From positions 2,624,001 to 2,688,000 of the forward strand of contig CAWHDR010000001.1 in NCBI GenBank assembly GCA_963828165.1: a DNA stretch of 64,000 bases, given 5' to 3'. Both the position numbers and the translations under genes were made by a program. Below the pieces are notes generated by a model. It saw only the letters and a program-made list of their open reading frames with translations, made no database searches and was not told the origin of the DNA. The first letter of the stretch is position 1; every line of letters starts with the position of its first letter. The DNA is from an uncultured Chloroflexia bacterium. Lineage in GTDB: Bacteria; Chloroflexota; Limnocylindria; Limnocylindrales; CSP1-4. Below are positions 1-10,115 of this stretch, piece after piece.

Positions 1-336
1 ATCATGCTCAACAAGCTCGACATCCTGTCCGGCGTCGACCCGCTGTGCATCTGCGTCGCCTATGAGCTCGATGGCCGACGCGTCGAGACGTGGCCGTCGA
101 GCGGCGCCGCCCTCTCGCGCGCCATCCCCATCTACGAGCAGTTCCCGGGCTGGACCGAGCCGATCCACGCCGTCCGCTCGCTCGGCGACCTGCCCGAGAA
201 CGCGCGGCGCTACGTCTCGGCCATCGAGGAGCACGCCGGCGTGCCGATCGTGCTCGTATCGGTCGGTCCGGAGCGCACGCAGACCATCGAGCGGGCCTTC
301 CGGCCCATGCGCCGGCGTCCGGGCATCCCGGCATGA
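1..336 (+). CDS. purA: Adenylosuccinate synthetase, C-terminal part (5' truncated by window)
   Basis: NKLDILSG...ICVAY...PIYEQFPGW...LPENARRY...VSVGPERTQTI is the PurA C-terminus; its TGA overlaps the purD ATG. Confidence 0.93.
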   Translation: MMLNKLDILSGVDPLCICVAYELDGRRVETWPSSGAALSRAIPIYEQFPGWTEPIHAVRSLGDLPENARRYVSAIEEHAGVPIVLVSVGPERTQTIERAFRPMRRRPGIPA

Positions 337-1664
337 GCGGACGCCTGGTGATGCCGACGCGCATCCTGATCGTCGGGAGCGGCGGGCGGGAGCACGCGCT
401 GGCGTGGAAGCTGAGCGTCGAGCCCGGCGTCAACACCGTGTTCGTCGCGCCCGGCAACGACGCGATGGCTGCGGAGCCGCGGGTTCGCCGACTGCCGGAC
501 GTCGATCCACTCGATGGCGGCTCCGTCGTGGCGGCCGCACGCGCCGTCGCCGCCGAGCTCGTCGTGATCGGGCCCGAGGCGCCGCTGGCGGCCGGCGTCG
601 CCGACGCGCTCCGGGACGCCGGCATCGCGGTCTTCGGGCCGAGCGCCGCCGCGGCGCGGATCGAGTCGAGCAAGGCGTTCTGCCACGAGGTCGCCTCGGC
701 CGCCGGGGTCCCGATGGCGCGCTCAGGTGCCTTCGAGTCGGCGGCGGAGGCCGGCGCCTTCGCCCGTGGTCTCGCCGCGCAGGGTCGGGGGATCGTCGTC
801 AAGGCGGATGGGCTCGCCGCGGGCAAGGGCGTCACCGTCTGCGAGACGCCCGAAGAGGCGATGGGGGCGATCGCCGTCGCCGACGCGGCCGGCCAGGTCG
901 TCGTCGAGGAACGGCTCGACGGCCGTGAGGCCAGCCTCATCGCCCTGTGCGACGGACGCGAAGCGCTGGCCCTGCCGATCGCCCGCGATCACAAGCGGCT
1001 CCGCGATGGCGACATCGGCCCCAACACCGGCGGGATGGGCGCGTACTCGCCGTTGGCCGATCTCCCCGACGAGGCGGCGGATGACCTGATCGACCGGTTC
1101 CACCGCCCGATCCTGGCCGAGCTGGCCCGACGCGGCACCTCGTTCCGTGGCGCGCTCTACGCTGGCCTCATGCTGACGGCGGACGGCCCGGTCCTGCTCG
1201 AGTGCAACGCCCGGTTCGGCGACCCGGAGACGCAGGCGATCCTGCCGCGGATCGCGGTCCCGCTGGGTCCGTTGCTGCTGGCGGCGGCTGGCGGTCACCT
1301 GCTGGATGCAGCCCGGCCCCTGGGTCTCGAGGGTGCCCGGCTGCCGGTCCTGCCCATGGCGACGGTCGGGATCGTGCTCGCGGCGGCCGGCTACCCGGAC
1401 ACGCCACGGCCGGACGATCCGATCGAGGGTCTGGAACGTGCTCGGGGCGCCGGCGCGCTCGTCTTCCACAGTGGCACGGCCCGCGACGATTCCGGCGCCT
1501 ATCGGACGGCGGGTGGCCGGATCCTCACCGTCGTCGGACGAGGCCCGGACGTCGTGGCCGCCCGCGCCGTGGCCGAGGCGGCCGCCGACCTGGTCGCGTT
1601 CCACGGGGTCCAGCGCCGGCACGACATCGGTGCGGACGCCGTGCCGCTCGAGGCGGCTCGATGA
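333..1664 (+). CDS. purD: Phosphoribosylamine-glycine ligase
   Basis: ILIVGSGGREHALAW, KADGLAAGKGV, GPNTGGMGAY, NARFGDPETQ; ATG at 333 (alternative 351). Confidence 0.96.
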   Translation: MSGRLVMPTRILIVGSGGREHALAWKLSVEPGVNTVFVAPGNDAMAAEPRVRRLPDVDPLDGGSVVAAARAVAAELVVIGPEAPLAAGVADALRDAGIAVFGPSAAAARIESSKAFCHEVASAAGVPMARSGAFESAAEAGAFARGLAAQGRGIVVKADGLAAGKGVTVCETPEEAMGAIAVADAAGQVVVEERLDGREASLIALCDGREALALPIARDHKRLRDGDIGPNTGGMGAYSPLADLPDEAADDLIDRFHRPILAELARRGTSFRGALYAGLMLTADGPVLLECNARFGDPETQAILPRIAVPLGPLLLAAAGGHLLDAARPLGLEGARLPVLPMATVGIVLAAAGYPDTPRPDDPIEGLERARGAGALVFHSGTARDDSGAYRTAGGRILTVVGRGPDVVAARAVAEAAADLVAFHGVQRRHDIGADAVPLEAAR

Positions 1665-3049
1665 TCCGCCGCTACACGCTCGCCGAGATGGGGGCCATCT
1701 GGTCAGAAAGCGCCCGCTTCGAGCAGATGCTCCGGGTCGAGCTCGCGGTCACCAGGGCGCAGACCGCGCGTGGCCTGGTCCCGGCCGCGGCCCTCGAGGC
1801 CATCGAGGCTCGCGCCAGCATCGACGTCGACCGGATCGCCGAGATCGAGCGCACCACGGACCACGACATCATCGCATTCGTGTCGCAGGTCGCCGAGAAG
1901 GTGGGTCCGGAAGGTCGCTATCTCCACCTCGGCCTGACGAGCAGCGACGTCGTCGACACCGGTCTCGCGCTGCAGCTCCGCGCGGCCGGCGAGCGGCTCC
2001 TCGGCGACTGCGACCGGCTCCTGGCCGTGCTCGTCATGCGGGCCCGCGCCGAGGCCGACACGACGATGATGGGCCGCACCCACTCCGTCCACGCGGAGCC
2101 GACGACGTTCGGGCTGAAGCTGGCAGGGTGGGCATTCGAGGTCGACCGCGGCCGCATGCGGCTGGCCACCGCCGTGGACGAGATCGGCACGGGCAAGATC
2201 TCCGGGCCGGTCGGGACGTACAGCCACCTCGATCCCGACATCGAGACCGAGGTCCTCGCCGAGCTCGGCCTCCACGCCGACCCCGTCAGCACGCAGATCG
2301 TCCAGCGCGACCGGCATGCGGCCCTGTTGGCCGCGATCGCCATCCTGGGCGGGACCCTGGAGCGCATCGCGACCGAGATCCGCAACCTCCAGCACACCGA
2401 GATCGGCGAGGTCCAGGAGCCCTTCAAGACCGGCCAGAAGGGCTCGTCGGCGATGCCCCACAAGCGCAATCCGATCGTCTCGGAGCGTATCTCCGGGCTG
2501 GCCCGGCTACTGCGCGGCTACGCCCACACGGCGCTCGAGAACCAGCCACTCTGGCACGAGCGTGACATCAGCCATTCGAGCGCGGAACGCGTGATCCTGC
2601 CGGACGCGACGATCCTGCTCGACTACATGCTCGTGCGCACGACCGGCTTGCTGGAGGGCCTCGTCGTTCGCTCAGAGCGGATGCGCGAGAACATCTCGCG
2701 CGGTCTCGGCCTGCACGCGAGCAGCCGGGTCCTCGTGGCGCTCGTCGAGAAGGCCGGGATCGGTCGCGAGGCGGCCTACGCGATCGTCCAGCGCGCGGCC
2801 CTGCGCGCCGCCGACGAGCGGGCGCCCCTCCGCGACCTGCTGGCGCTCGACCCGGTCGTCGCCCAGCGACTGTCTCTGGCGGACCTCGATGCGTGCTTCG
2901 ACGAGGGCACGTTTCTGCGCAACGTGCACACGGTCATCGCGCGGCTCGACACCATCGCGGCGTCCGCGCCGCTCCCGCCATCCGTTCCGCCGGCACGGAT
3001 CAGCTCCGACGCGCCGGCTGCTGCGGAGGTCCCCGATGCTGACCGCTGA
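1661..3049 (+). CDS. purB: Adenylosuccinate lyase
   Basis: MIRRY start, HLGLTSSDVVDT, GRTHSVHAEPTTFG, GSSAMPHKRNP, LWHERDISHSSAER. Confidence 0.97.
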   Translation: MIRRYTLAEMGAIWSESARFEQMLRVELAVTRAQTARGLVPAAALEAIEARASIDVDRIAEIERTTDHDIIAFVSQVAEKVGPEGRYLHLGLTSSDVVDTGLALQLRAAGERLLGDCDRLLAVLVMRARAEADTTMMGRTHSVHAEPTTFGLKLAGWAFEVDRGRMRLATAVDEIGTGKISGPVGTYSHLDPDIETEVLAELGLHADPVSTQIVQRDRHAALLAAIAILGGTLERIATEIRNLQHTEIGEVQEPFKTGQKGSSAMPHKRNPIVSERISGLARLLRGYAHTALENQPLWHERDISHSSAERVILPDATILLDYMLVRTTGLLEGLVVRSERMRENISRGLGLHASSRVLVALVEKAGIGREAAYAIVQRAALRAADERAPLRDLLALDPVVAQRLSLADLDACFDEGTFLRNVHTVIARLDTIAASAPLPPSVPPARISSDAPAAAEVPDADR

Positions 3050-4130
3050 CCACTTCCTCCGCTCGGGCAAGGTCCGCGACCTGTACGAGCTGCCTGATGG
3101 GCGGATGGTGCTGGTCGCGTCGGACCGGATCAGTGCGTTCGATGTCGTCCTGCCGACAGAGATCGCCGACAAGGGCCGCGTGCTCACCGGCATGTCGCGG
3201 TTCTGGTTCGTCGAGACGGCCGGGATCGTGCCCAATCACCTGCTCGATACGGATCCCGCGGTCATCCGCGATGCGTTCGATGGCGCGGTGGTCGATCGAC
3301 CGGACGACGCGCCGGCAGGGCCCCCGGGGATCGGGTCGCTCGAGGACCTGAGCGGCCGCGTGATGATCTGCGAGCGTGCCGCGGTCGTGCCGGTGGAGGC
3401 GGTGGTGCGCGGGTACCTCGCGGGCTCGGGCTGGAAGGAGTATCGCGACCGAGGGACCGTCTGCGGCATCGCGCTCCCGACCGGCCTGCGCGAAAGCGAC
3501 AAGCTCCCCGAGCCGATCTTCACGCCGGCGACCAAGGCCGAGCAGGGCGAGCACGACGAGAACATCGACTTCGATGCCATGGTCGAACACATCGGCCGGG
3601 ATGACCTGTTCGACCCCGACATCGCCGGTGGTGTCGCGGAGGTGGTCCGTGACCGTGCGATCGCCCTGTACCGGTATGCCGCTGCCATCGCAGCGCGCGC
3701 CGGGATCCTGCTTGCGGACACGAAGTTCGAGTTCGGATACGGGTTGACCGCGGACCTCGATGCCGATCGTGTCGGGCCGGCCGCGGAACAGATCGAGCGG
3801 CGCACGCGGCCGCCGACGGGACGACGCCCAGGCGATCGGAAGGGCCAGCCGATCGAGGACCAGCTGATGCTGGTCGATGAGGCCCTGACCCCCGATTCGT
3901 CCCGGTTCTGGGATGCCGCCACCTACGAGCCCGGTCGCCCGCAGGCCAGCTTCGACAAGCAGTTCGTGCGCGACTGGCTCGAAGCGCAGCCATGGGACAA
4001 GACCGCACCCGGCCCGGCACTCCCCGATGACGTCGCCGCGGGCACGCGGGCCCGTTACATCGAGGCGTTCGAGCGGATCACGGGCGCCAGCTTCGACCGA
4101 TACCTCGCGGAGGACGTCATCGCCCGATGA
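3036..4130 (+). CDS. purC: SAICAR synthetase
   Basis: SGKVRDLY, ASDRISAFDVV, IFTPATKA, ADTKFEFG, DEALTPDSSRFW, SFDKQFVRDWL. Confidence 0.96.
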   Translation: MLTADHFLRSGKVRDLYELPDGRMVLVASDRISAFDVVLPTEIADKGRVLTGMSRFWFVETAGIVPNHLLDTDPAVIRDAFDGAVVDRPDDAPAGPPGIGSLEDLSGRVMICERAAVVPVEAVVRGYLAGSGWKEYRDRGTVCGIALPTGLRESDKLPEPIFTPATKAEQGEHDENIDFDAMVEHIGRDDLFDPDIAGGVAEVVRDRAIALYRYAAAIAARAGILLADTKFEFGYGLTADLDADRVGPAAEQIERRTRPPTGRRPGDRKGQPIEDQLMLVDEALTPDSSRFWDAATYEPGRPQASFDKQFVRDWLEAQPWDKTAPGPALPDDVAAGTRARYIEAFERITGASFDRYLAEDVIAR

Positions 4131-4444
4131 GCACCCATCGATACGCCGTCAATGTCACGCCCAAGCCGGGCATCCTCGACCCGCAGGGACGGGCTGTCGA
4201 GGGCAGCCTCGACCACCTCGGGATCAGCGGGATCAGTGCCGTGCGCGTCGGGCGGCGAGTCGAATTGACGGTCGATGCGGCGGACGAGCCCGCGGCCCGC
4301 GCCGTCGTCGAGCGGCTCGCCGGCGAGCTGCTCGCCAACCCCTTGATCGAGGCCTACGCCATCGAGTCGATCGCGGGGGCGTCATCGACGACCGCGTCGA
4401 CGGCCCCGTCGCCCCCAGCCCCCGCCGGGGAGCAGCGCGCATGA
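4127..4444 (+). CDS. purS: FGAM synthase subunit PurS
   Basis: VTPKPGILDPQGRAV...LLANPLIE; position between purC and purQ. Confidence 0.94.
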   Translation: MSTHRYAVNVTPKPGILDPQGRAVEGSLDHLGISGISAVRVGRRVELTVDAADEPAARAVVERLAGELLANPLIEAYAIESIAGASSTTASTAPSPPAPAGEQRA

Positions 4445-5185
4445 CGGTCCGCGTCGGCGTCGTCGTCTTTCCTGGTAGCAACTGCGATCGCGACACGGTG
4501 CACGCCCTGGCTCAGGCCGGCGCCGAACCCGTCGAGCTGTGGCACGAGGAGGCCTCGCTCGGGGGCGTCGCCGCGGTGATCCTGCCCGGGCGGTTTCGCG
4601 TACGGGGACTACCTGCGGGCGGGCGTCATCGCGCGATTCAGCCCGGTCATGCGCTCCGTCGCCGAGTTCGCCGCCGGCGGCGGCCTCGTGCTCGGCATCT
4701 GCAACGGCTTCCAGGTCCTGGCGGAGGCCGGGTTGGTGCCCGGGGCCCTGCTGCGCAACCGGGACGTGCGGTTCCTGGGGCGCGAGGTCTCGATCGCCGC
4801 CGAGCGACTCGATACGCCCTTCACCCACGCGCTCGACTCCGCCGGCCCGCTGCGCATGCCGATCGCACACGGCGAGGGCTGCTACTTCGCCGATGCGGCC
4901 ACGCTGGACGCACTCGAAGCCGACGGCGGCGTCTTGTTCCGCTACGTCGACGAGGCCGGGAGCCCCGCGACAGAGGACGATCGCGCCGCCAACCCGAACG
5001 GCTCGCTGCGGGCCATCGCCGGCGTGATCAATGCCGCGGGCAACGTGGCCGGGCTGATGCCCCACCCCGAGCGTGCATCGGAGGTCATCCTTGGCTCCGA
5101 GGACGGCGCCGGGATCGTCCGCTCCCTCGTCGACAGCGCGGCCATGGCCGTCGGCGAGCGTCGCGTCACGGTGGGTATTCGATGA
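4441..5185 (+). CDS. purQ: FGAM synthase glutaminase subunit PurQ; one +1 frameshift at about 4588-4590 (probable sequence error)
   Basis: N-terminal [12 protein letters not shown] in one frame; [35 protein letters not shown] in the next; removing one G from CCCGGGCGGTTTC restores [11 protein letters not shown]. Confidence 0.92.
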
Positions 5186-7506
5186 CCGTGGCGGAGCGCC
5201 CCGTGGAGCCACTCCATCGGCGCCTCGGCGTCACCGACGAGGAGCTCGACGCGATCCGCGACCGGCTCGGCGGCCGCGACCCGAACGACCTCGAGCTCGC
5301 GATGTTCTCGGTGATGTGGAGCGAGCACTGCTCGTACAAGAGCTCGAAACCGCTGCTCAAGACGTTGCCGACCACGGGCGATGGCGTCGTCGCCGGTCCG
5401 GGCGAGAACGCCGGGGTGATCTCGATCGGGGATGGCCAGGCGGTCGCCTTCAAGATCGAGTCGCACAACCATCCTTCGGCCGTCGAGCCCTACCAGGGTG
5501 CCGCGACCGGCGTCGGCGGGATCCTGCGCGACATCTTCACGATGGGGGCCCGGCCGATCGCGGTGCTCGACGCGCTGCGGTTCGGCGATCCTGCCGATGC
5601 CCGCACGCGGCACCTGGTCGACGGCGTCGTCCGGGGGGTCGGCGGGTACGGCAATTGCGTGGGCGTGCCGACGGTCGGTGGCGAGCTCGTCTTCGACCCG
5701 ACCTACACGGGCAACCCGCTCGTCAACGTCATGGCCATCGGCCTGCTCGAGGAGCGGCAGCTCACGCTCGCGGCCGCACCGGGGCCCGGCAATCTCGTCG
5801 TGCTGTTCGGGTCCACGACCGGGCGCGATGGGATCGGTGGCGCATCGGTCCTGGCCAGCGCGACGTTCGGGGACGACGACCCGTCCAAGCGCCCATCCGT
5901 CCAGGTCGGCGATCCGTTCGCCGAGAAGCTGCTGATCGAGGCCAGCCTCGAACTCATCGAGCGCGGCCTGGTGGAGGGCCTCCAGGACCTGGGGGCCGGT
6001 GGCATCACCTGTGCGACCTCGGAGACGGCCGACCGGGCCGGGACGGGCATCGTCGTCGACCTGGACGCCATCCCGCGACGCGAGCCGGGCATGGAGCCCT
6101 TCGAGGTGATGATCTCGGAGTCGCAGGAGCGGATGTGCGCCGCGGTGCTGCCCGACCGCTGGGAGGCCGTGCGCGATGTCTGCGAGCGCTGGGGACTGCC
6201 GGTGGCGGTCATCGGACGGGTCACGGACGATGGCGACATCACGGTCGTGGAGGGTGGGCTGGACGATGGCGGCCAGGCCCGAGCGGGGGCGCGCGAGATC
6301 GCGCGGATGCCGGCTGCGGCCCTGACCAGTGCCGCGATCGTCCACGATCGGCTGGCCACCGCGCCACAACACCGGCGGGCGGCACCGGCTCCCGGTGCCC
6401 CGATCGACCCCAGCGACCGCCTCCCGGAGCGGGGCATGGACCCGGGCGCCGTCCTGCTGGGCCTCCTCGGCACGGCGAACCTGTCCTCGCGTCGCGCCGT
6501 CTTCGAGCAGTACGACTCCACGGTCGGGGCGGACACGGTGGCGGGCCCCGGGCGTGGCGCCGCCGTGCTGCGCGTCAAGAACACGCAGAAGGCCCTGGTC
6601 GCGTCCACCGACGGCAACCAGGCGGTCGGTGCCCTGGATCCGTATCTGGGAGCCGCCCTCAGCGTCGCCGAGGCCACCCGCAATGTCGCCATCACCGGCG
6701 CCCGCCCGCTGGGCGTCACGAACTGCCTCAACTACGGCGACCCGACCCGCCCGGAGGCGTTCTGGCAGCTCAGTGAAGGCGTCCGCGGCCTCGGCGATGC
6801 GTGTCGGGCGCTCGGGCTGCCGGTCACGGGCGGCAACGTCTCGCTCTTCAACGAGTCGCCGGACGGCCCGATCGCTCCCACGCCCGTGATCGGCGTGGTC
6901 GGCCTGCTCGAGGACATCGGCCGGCTCGTGGGGCCGGCATTCGTGACCGATGGTGACCCCATCCTGCTCGTCGGCGAGTCGACGCCGGGCATGTCCGGGT
7001 CCGCCTACGCGGCACTGGCCGGCACGGCCGTGGAGGACGGGCCGCCGGCGCTCGACCTGGCGCGCGAGGCGGCGCTCCAGGCGTTCATCCGCGAGGCGAT
7101 CGCACGGGAGCTCGTGGCGAGTGCCCAGGACGTATCGGGCGGTGGCCTGGCCGTCGCCCTCGCCGAGGGCGCCATGTGGAGTGGGCTGGGCGCGCAGGTC
7201 CGGGTCGCCGTCGCCACGTCGCCCGCAGTGGAGCTGTTTGGCGAGAGCCCGTCGCGCATCGTCCTGACGGCCCGTCCCCGGTTCGCCCCGGCCCTGATGC
7301 TGCTCGCCCTGCAGCACGGCCTGCCGATCGAGGAGCTGGGCGTCGTGGGCGGTGACCGCCTCGTGATCGAGCTGATCGGATCTGGAGCCACGGGTGCCAG
7401 CGAAGAGCGGGGGAGCCGGATCGCCGACGCCCTCGAGGTCCCGATCGCGGACCTGCGTCACGCCTGGGACCACGGCCTGGCCCGCGCCCTCGGCTGGGAG
7501 GGCTGA
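5182..7506 (+). CDS. purL: FGAM synthase subunit PurL (small-type)
   Basis: [58 protein letters not shown]. Confidence 0.97.
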   Translation: MTVAERPVEPLHRRLGVTDEELDAIRDRLGGRDPNDLELAMFSVMWSEHCSYKSSKPLLKTLPTTGDGVVAGPGENAGVISIGDGQAVAFKIESHNHPSAVEPYQGAATGVGGILRDIFTMGARPIAVLDALRFGDPADARTRHLVDGVVRGVGGYGNCVGVPTVGGELVFDPTYTGNPLVNVMAIGLLEERQLTLAAAPGPGNLVVLFGSTTGRDGIGGASVLASATFGDDDPSKRPSVQVGDPFAEKLLIEASLELIERGLVEGLQDLGAGGITCATSETADRAGTGIVVDLDAIPRREPGMEPFEVMISESQERMCAAVLPDRWEAVRDVCERWGLPVAVIGRVTDDGDITVVEGGLDDGGQARAGAREIARMPAAALTSAAIVHDRLATAPQHRRAAPAPGAPIDPSDRLPERGMDPGAVLLGLLGTANLSSRRAVFEQYDSTVGADTVAGPGRGAAVLRVKNTQKALVASTDGNQAVGALDPYLGAALSVAEATRNVAITGARPLGVTNCLNYGDPTRPEAFWQLSEGVRGLGDACRALGLPVTGGNVSLFNESPDGPIAPTPVIGVVGLLEDIGRLVGPAFVTDGDPILLVGESTPGMSGSAYAALAGTAVEDGPPALDLAREAALQAFIREAIARELVASAQDVSGGGLAVALAEGAMWSGLGAQVRVAVATSPAVELFGESPSRIVLTARPRFAPALMLLALQHGLPIEELGVVGGDRLVIELIGSGATGASEERGSRIADALEVPIADLRHAWDHGLARALGWEG

Positions 7507-7510
7507 GGAG

Positions 7511-8983
7511 ATGTGCGGCGTCTTCGGCGCGGTCACCCCGGGCGCCGAGCCCACGGAAGCGGCCGCGATCGCGACCCTCGGCCTGTTTGCGCTCCAGCAT
7601 CGCGGGCAGGAGTCGGCCGGCGTCGCCGTCAGCGACGGCGAGCAGCTGATGCTCTACAAGGACCTCGGGATGATCAGCACGGTGCTCGACGAGCGGCATC
7701 TGCCGAGCCTGCGCGGCACCCTGGCCATCGCCCATTGTCGCTACTCGACCACGGGCTCCACGATCTGGGAGAACGCCCAGCCCACGTACCGCCAGGGGCC
7801 CAGGCGCTCGATCGCCATCGGCCACAACGGCAATCTCGTGAACACGCGCGAGCTGTTGGAGCAGCTCCGCGGCGGCCGGTCGCGGCTCCCCGCCTCCACC
7901 GACACGGAGCTGTTGACCGCGCTGCTTGCCGACGAGCCCGCCGAGGACACGGTCGCGGCGTTGCTGCAGGTCCTCCCGCGTGTCCGAGGCGCGTTCACCC
8001 TGGTCATCCTCGACCAGAAACGGGTCATCGGCGTGCGCGATCCGCACGGGTTCCGCCCGCTCGTCCTGGGCCGGCTGCCGGCCAGCGCCCGAGCCGTCGG
8101 CGGCCCGAACGACGGCACGCTCTGGGACGACGAGGCGCAGGGGGGCTGGTGCCTCTCATCGGAGACCGCCGCCCTCGACATCGTCGGAGCCGAGTTCATC
8201 CGCGACGTGGAACCCGGCGAGATCGTGGTCCTGGAACCCGGCCGGCCGCCGCGGTCGATCCGCTACGCCGAGGCGAACCCGAAGCTGTGCGTCTTCGAGC
8301 TCATCTACTTCGCCCGGCCCGACTCCTACATGGAGGGGCGCAACCTGTACGAGGTGCGCCGGCGGATGGGCGAGCAACTGGCCATCGAGCATGCGATCGA
8401 CGCGGACCTGGTCATGCCGGTCCCGGACACCGGCGCTCCTGCCGCCGCCGGCTATGCCGAGGCGAGCGGCCTGCCCTACCGCGAAGGGATGTACCGGAAC
8501 CGCTATGCCGGGCGCACGTTCATCCAGCCGTCGGCCGGGCTGCGGCACCGGGGCGTGACGATCAAGCTCAACCCATTGCGCGAGGTCGTCGCCGGCAAGC
8601 GCCTGATCGTGGTGGACGACTCGATCGTGCGGGGCACGACGACCAAGAAGATCGTCGAGCTGCTGCGCAAGGCCGGGGCGAAGGAAGTCCACGTCCGGAT
8701 CAGCGCGCCACCGATCTATCACCCGTGCTTCTACGGGATCGACACGTCGATCGAGACGGAGCTCATCGCCTCCACGAAGACCGAGCCCGAGATCCGCGAG
8801 TTCATCGGCGCCGACACGCTCGGCTATCTCTCGATCCGTGGCGTCCTGGCGGCGCTGGACCTGCCGTACGAGCGGTTCTGCTTCGCCTGCTTCGACGGCA
8901 ACTACCCCGAGCCGGTCCCGTACGACGCCGCGAGCCGCAAGTTCATCCTCGAGGAACCGGTGAGTGCCGCCGACCGTGCCTGA
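7511..8983 (+). CDS. purF: Amidophosphoribosyltransferase
   Basis: MCGVFG N-terminus, LQHRGQESAG, HCRYST, VDDSIVRGTT, PCFYGID, CFACF; GAGGAG directly upstream. Confidence 0.97.
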   Translation: MCGVFGAVTPGAEPTEAAAIATLGLFALQHRGQESAGVAVSDGEQLMLYKDLGMISTVLDERHLPSLRGTLAIAHCRYSTTGSTIWENAQPTYRQGPRRSIAIGHNGNLVNTRELLEQLRGGRSRLPASTDTELLTALLADEPAEDTVAALLQVLPRVRGAFTLVILDQKRVIGVRDPHGFRPLVLGRLPASARAVGGPNDGTLWDDEAQGGWCLSSETAALDIVGAEFIRDVEPGEIVVLEPGRPPRSIRYAEANPKLCVFELIYFARPDSYMEGRNLYEVRRRMGEQLAIEHAIDADLVMPVPDTGAPAAAGYAEASGLPYREGMYRNRYAGRTFIQPSAGLRHRGVTIKLNPLREVVAGKRLIVVDDSIVRGTTTKKIVELLRKAGAKEVHVRISAPPIYHPCFYGIDTSIETELIASTKTEPEIREFIGADTLGYLSIRGVLAALDLPYERFCFACFDGNYPEPVPYDAASRKFILEEPVSAADRA

Positions 8984-10115
8984 GTCCCGCTCCGCCTACC
9001 GGGAATCGGGCGTGGACGTCGAGGCGGGCGAGCGCGCCGTCGAGCTCATGCGCAAGCACGTCGACTCGACCCGCCGTCCCGAGTCGGTCGGCGGGCTGGG
9101 TGGCTTCGGCGGCGCCTTCTCGATCCCCGCGGGCTACCGCGAGCCGCTGATGATGGCCTCGACCGACGGCGTCGGGACCAAGACCGTGATCGCCGCCGCC
9201 GTCCGGCGGTTCGACACCATCGGTATCGACCTCGTCGCGATGTGCGCCGATGACGTCGTGTGCACTGGTGCCGAGCCGCTCGCCTTCCTCGATTACCTCG
9301 CCGTCGGGTTGCTCGACCCGGTCGACGTCGCGGAGCTCGTCGGTGGGGTGGCGGCCGGTTGTCGCGAAGCCGGAGCCGCGCTGGTCGGCGGCGAGACGGC
9401 CGAGCACCCGGGCGTCATGGAGGTGAACGAGTTCGACCTGGCCGGATGCTGCATCGGCGTCGTCGAGCGGTCGCGGGTCATCGACGGCAGCGCGGTCGTC
9501 GCCGGCGACGTCATCCTGGGCCTCGCCTCGTCCGGACTGCACGCGAACGGCTTCTCGCTCGTTCGCGGGTTGGTCGCCCAATGGGACCTTGACGTTGGTG
9601 AGCCGTACCAGGTCCGCCTGCGACGGACGCTCGGGGATGTCGCGACGGACGATGCGATCGCGGCGGCGCCCCACGAGACGCTGGCGACGCTCGGGGAGGT
9701 GCTCCTCACCCCGACCCGGATCTACGCGCGGTCGGTGCTTGCGGCGCGGGCCGCGGTCGTCGACGCCGGCCACGATCTCCATGGCCTCGCGCACATCACG
9801 GGCGGGGGGTTGCCAGGAAACGTGCCGCGAGCGCTCCCCGACGGGCTCAGCGCCCGTCTTGATCCGGCGCGCTGGCGGTTGCCGTCGGTCATGCGCCTGA
9901 TCGGCGCCCTTGGCGGCCTCGAGGACGACGAGTTGCGGGCGACGTTCAACGGCGGGCTCGGCATGATCGCGGTCCTGCCGCACGCGGCAGCCGGCACGGC
10001 AATGGCGGCGTTCGCCGAGCACGGCATCGAGAGCGCGATCGTCGGCGAGGTGCTCGCGGCCGAATCGGTGGATGGCGCCCGATATGTGGAAGGTGCGCTG
10101 GAGTCGATCGCGTGA
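8964..10115 (+). CDS. purM: AIR synthetase
   Basis: YRESGVDV, STDGVGTK, GGETAEHPG, SSGLHANGFSL, HITGGG, TFNGGLGM; start 8964 or 8976. Confidence 0.96.
   Translation: MPPTVPESRSAYRESGVDVEAGERAVELMRKHVDSTRRPESVGGLGGFGGAFSIPAGYREPLMMASTDGVGTKTVIAAAVRRFDTIGIDLVAMCADDVVCTGAEPLAFLDYLAVGLLDPVDVAELVGGVAAGCREAGAALVGGETAEHPGVMEVNEFDLAGCCIGVVERSRVIDGSAVVAGDVILGLASSGLHANGFSLVRGLVAQWDLDVGEPYQVRLRRTLGDVATDDAIAAAPHETLATLGEVLLTPTRIYARSVLAARAAVVDAGHDLHGLAHITGGGLPGNVPRALPDGLSARLDPARWRLPSVMRLIGALGGLEDDELRATFNGGLGMIAVLPHAAAGTAMAAFAEHGIESAIVGEVLAAESVDGARYVEGALESIA

Noticed and set aside
3913-7506. Apparent giant fusion ORFs (1197-aa purL, 1047-aa ligA, 1157-aa GH116, 887-aa gatB)
   Set aside because: The N-terminal extensions are off-frame read-through of neighbouring genes; true starts are at 5182, 23304, 32548 and 37431.
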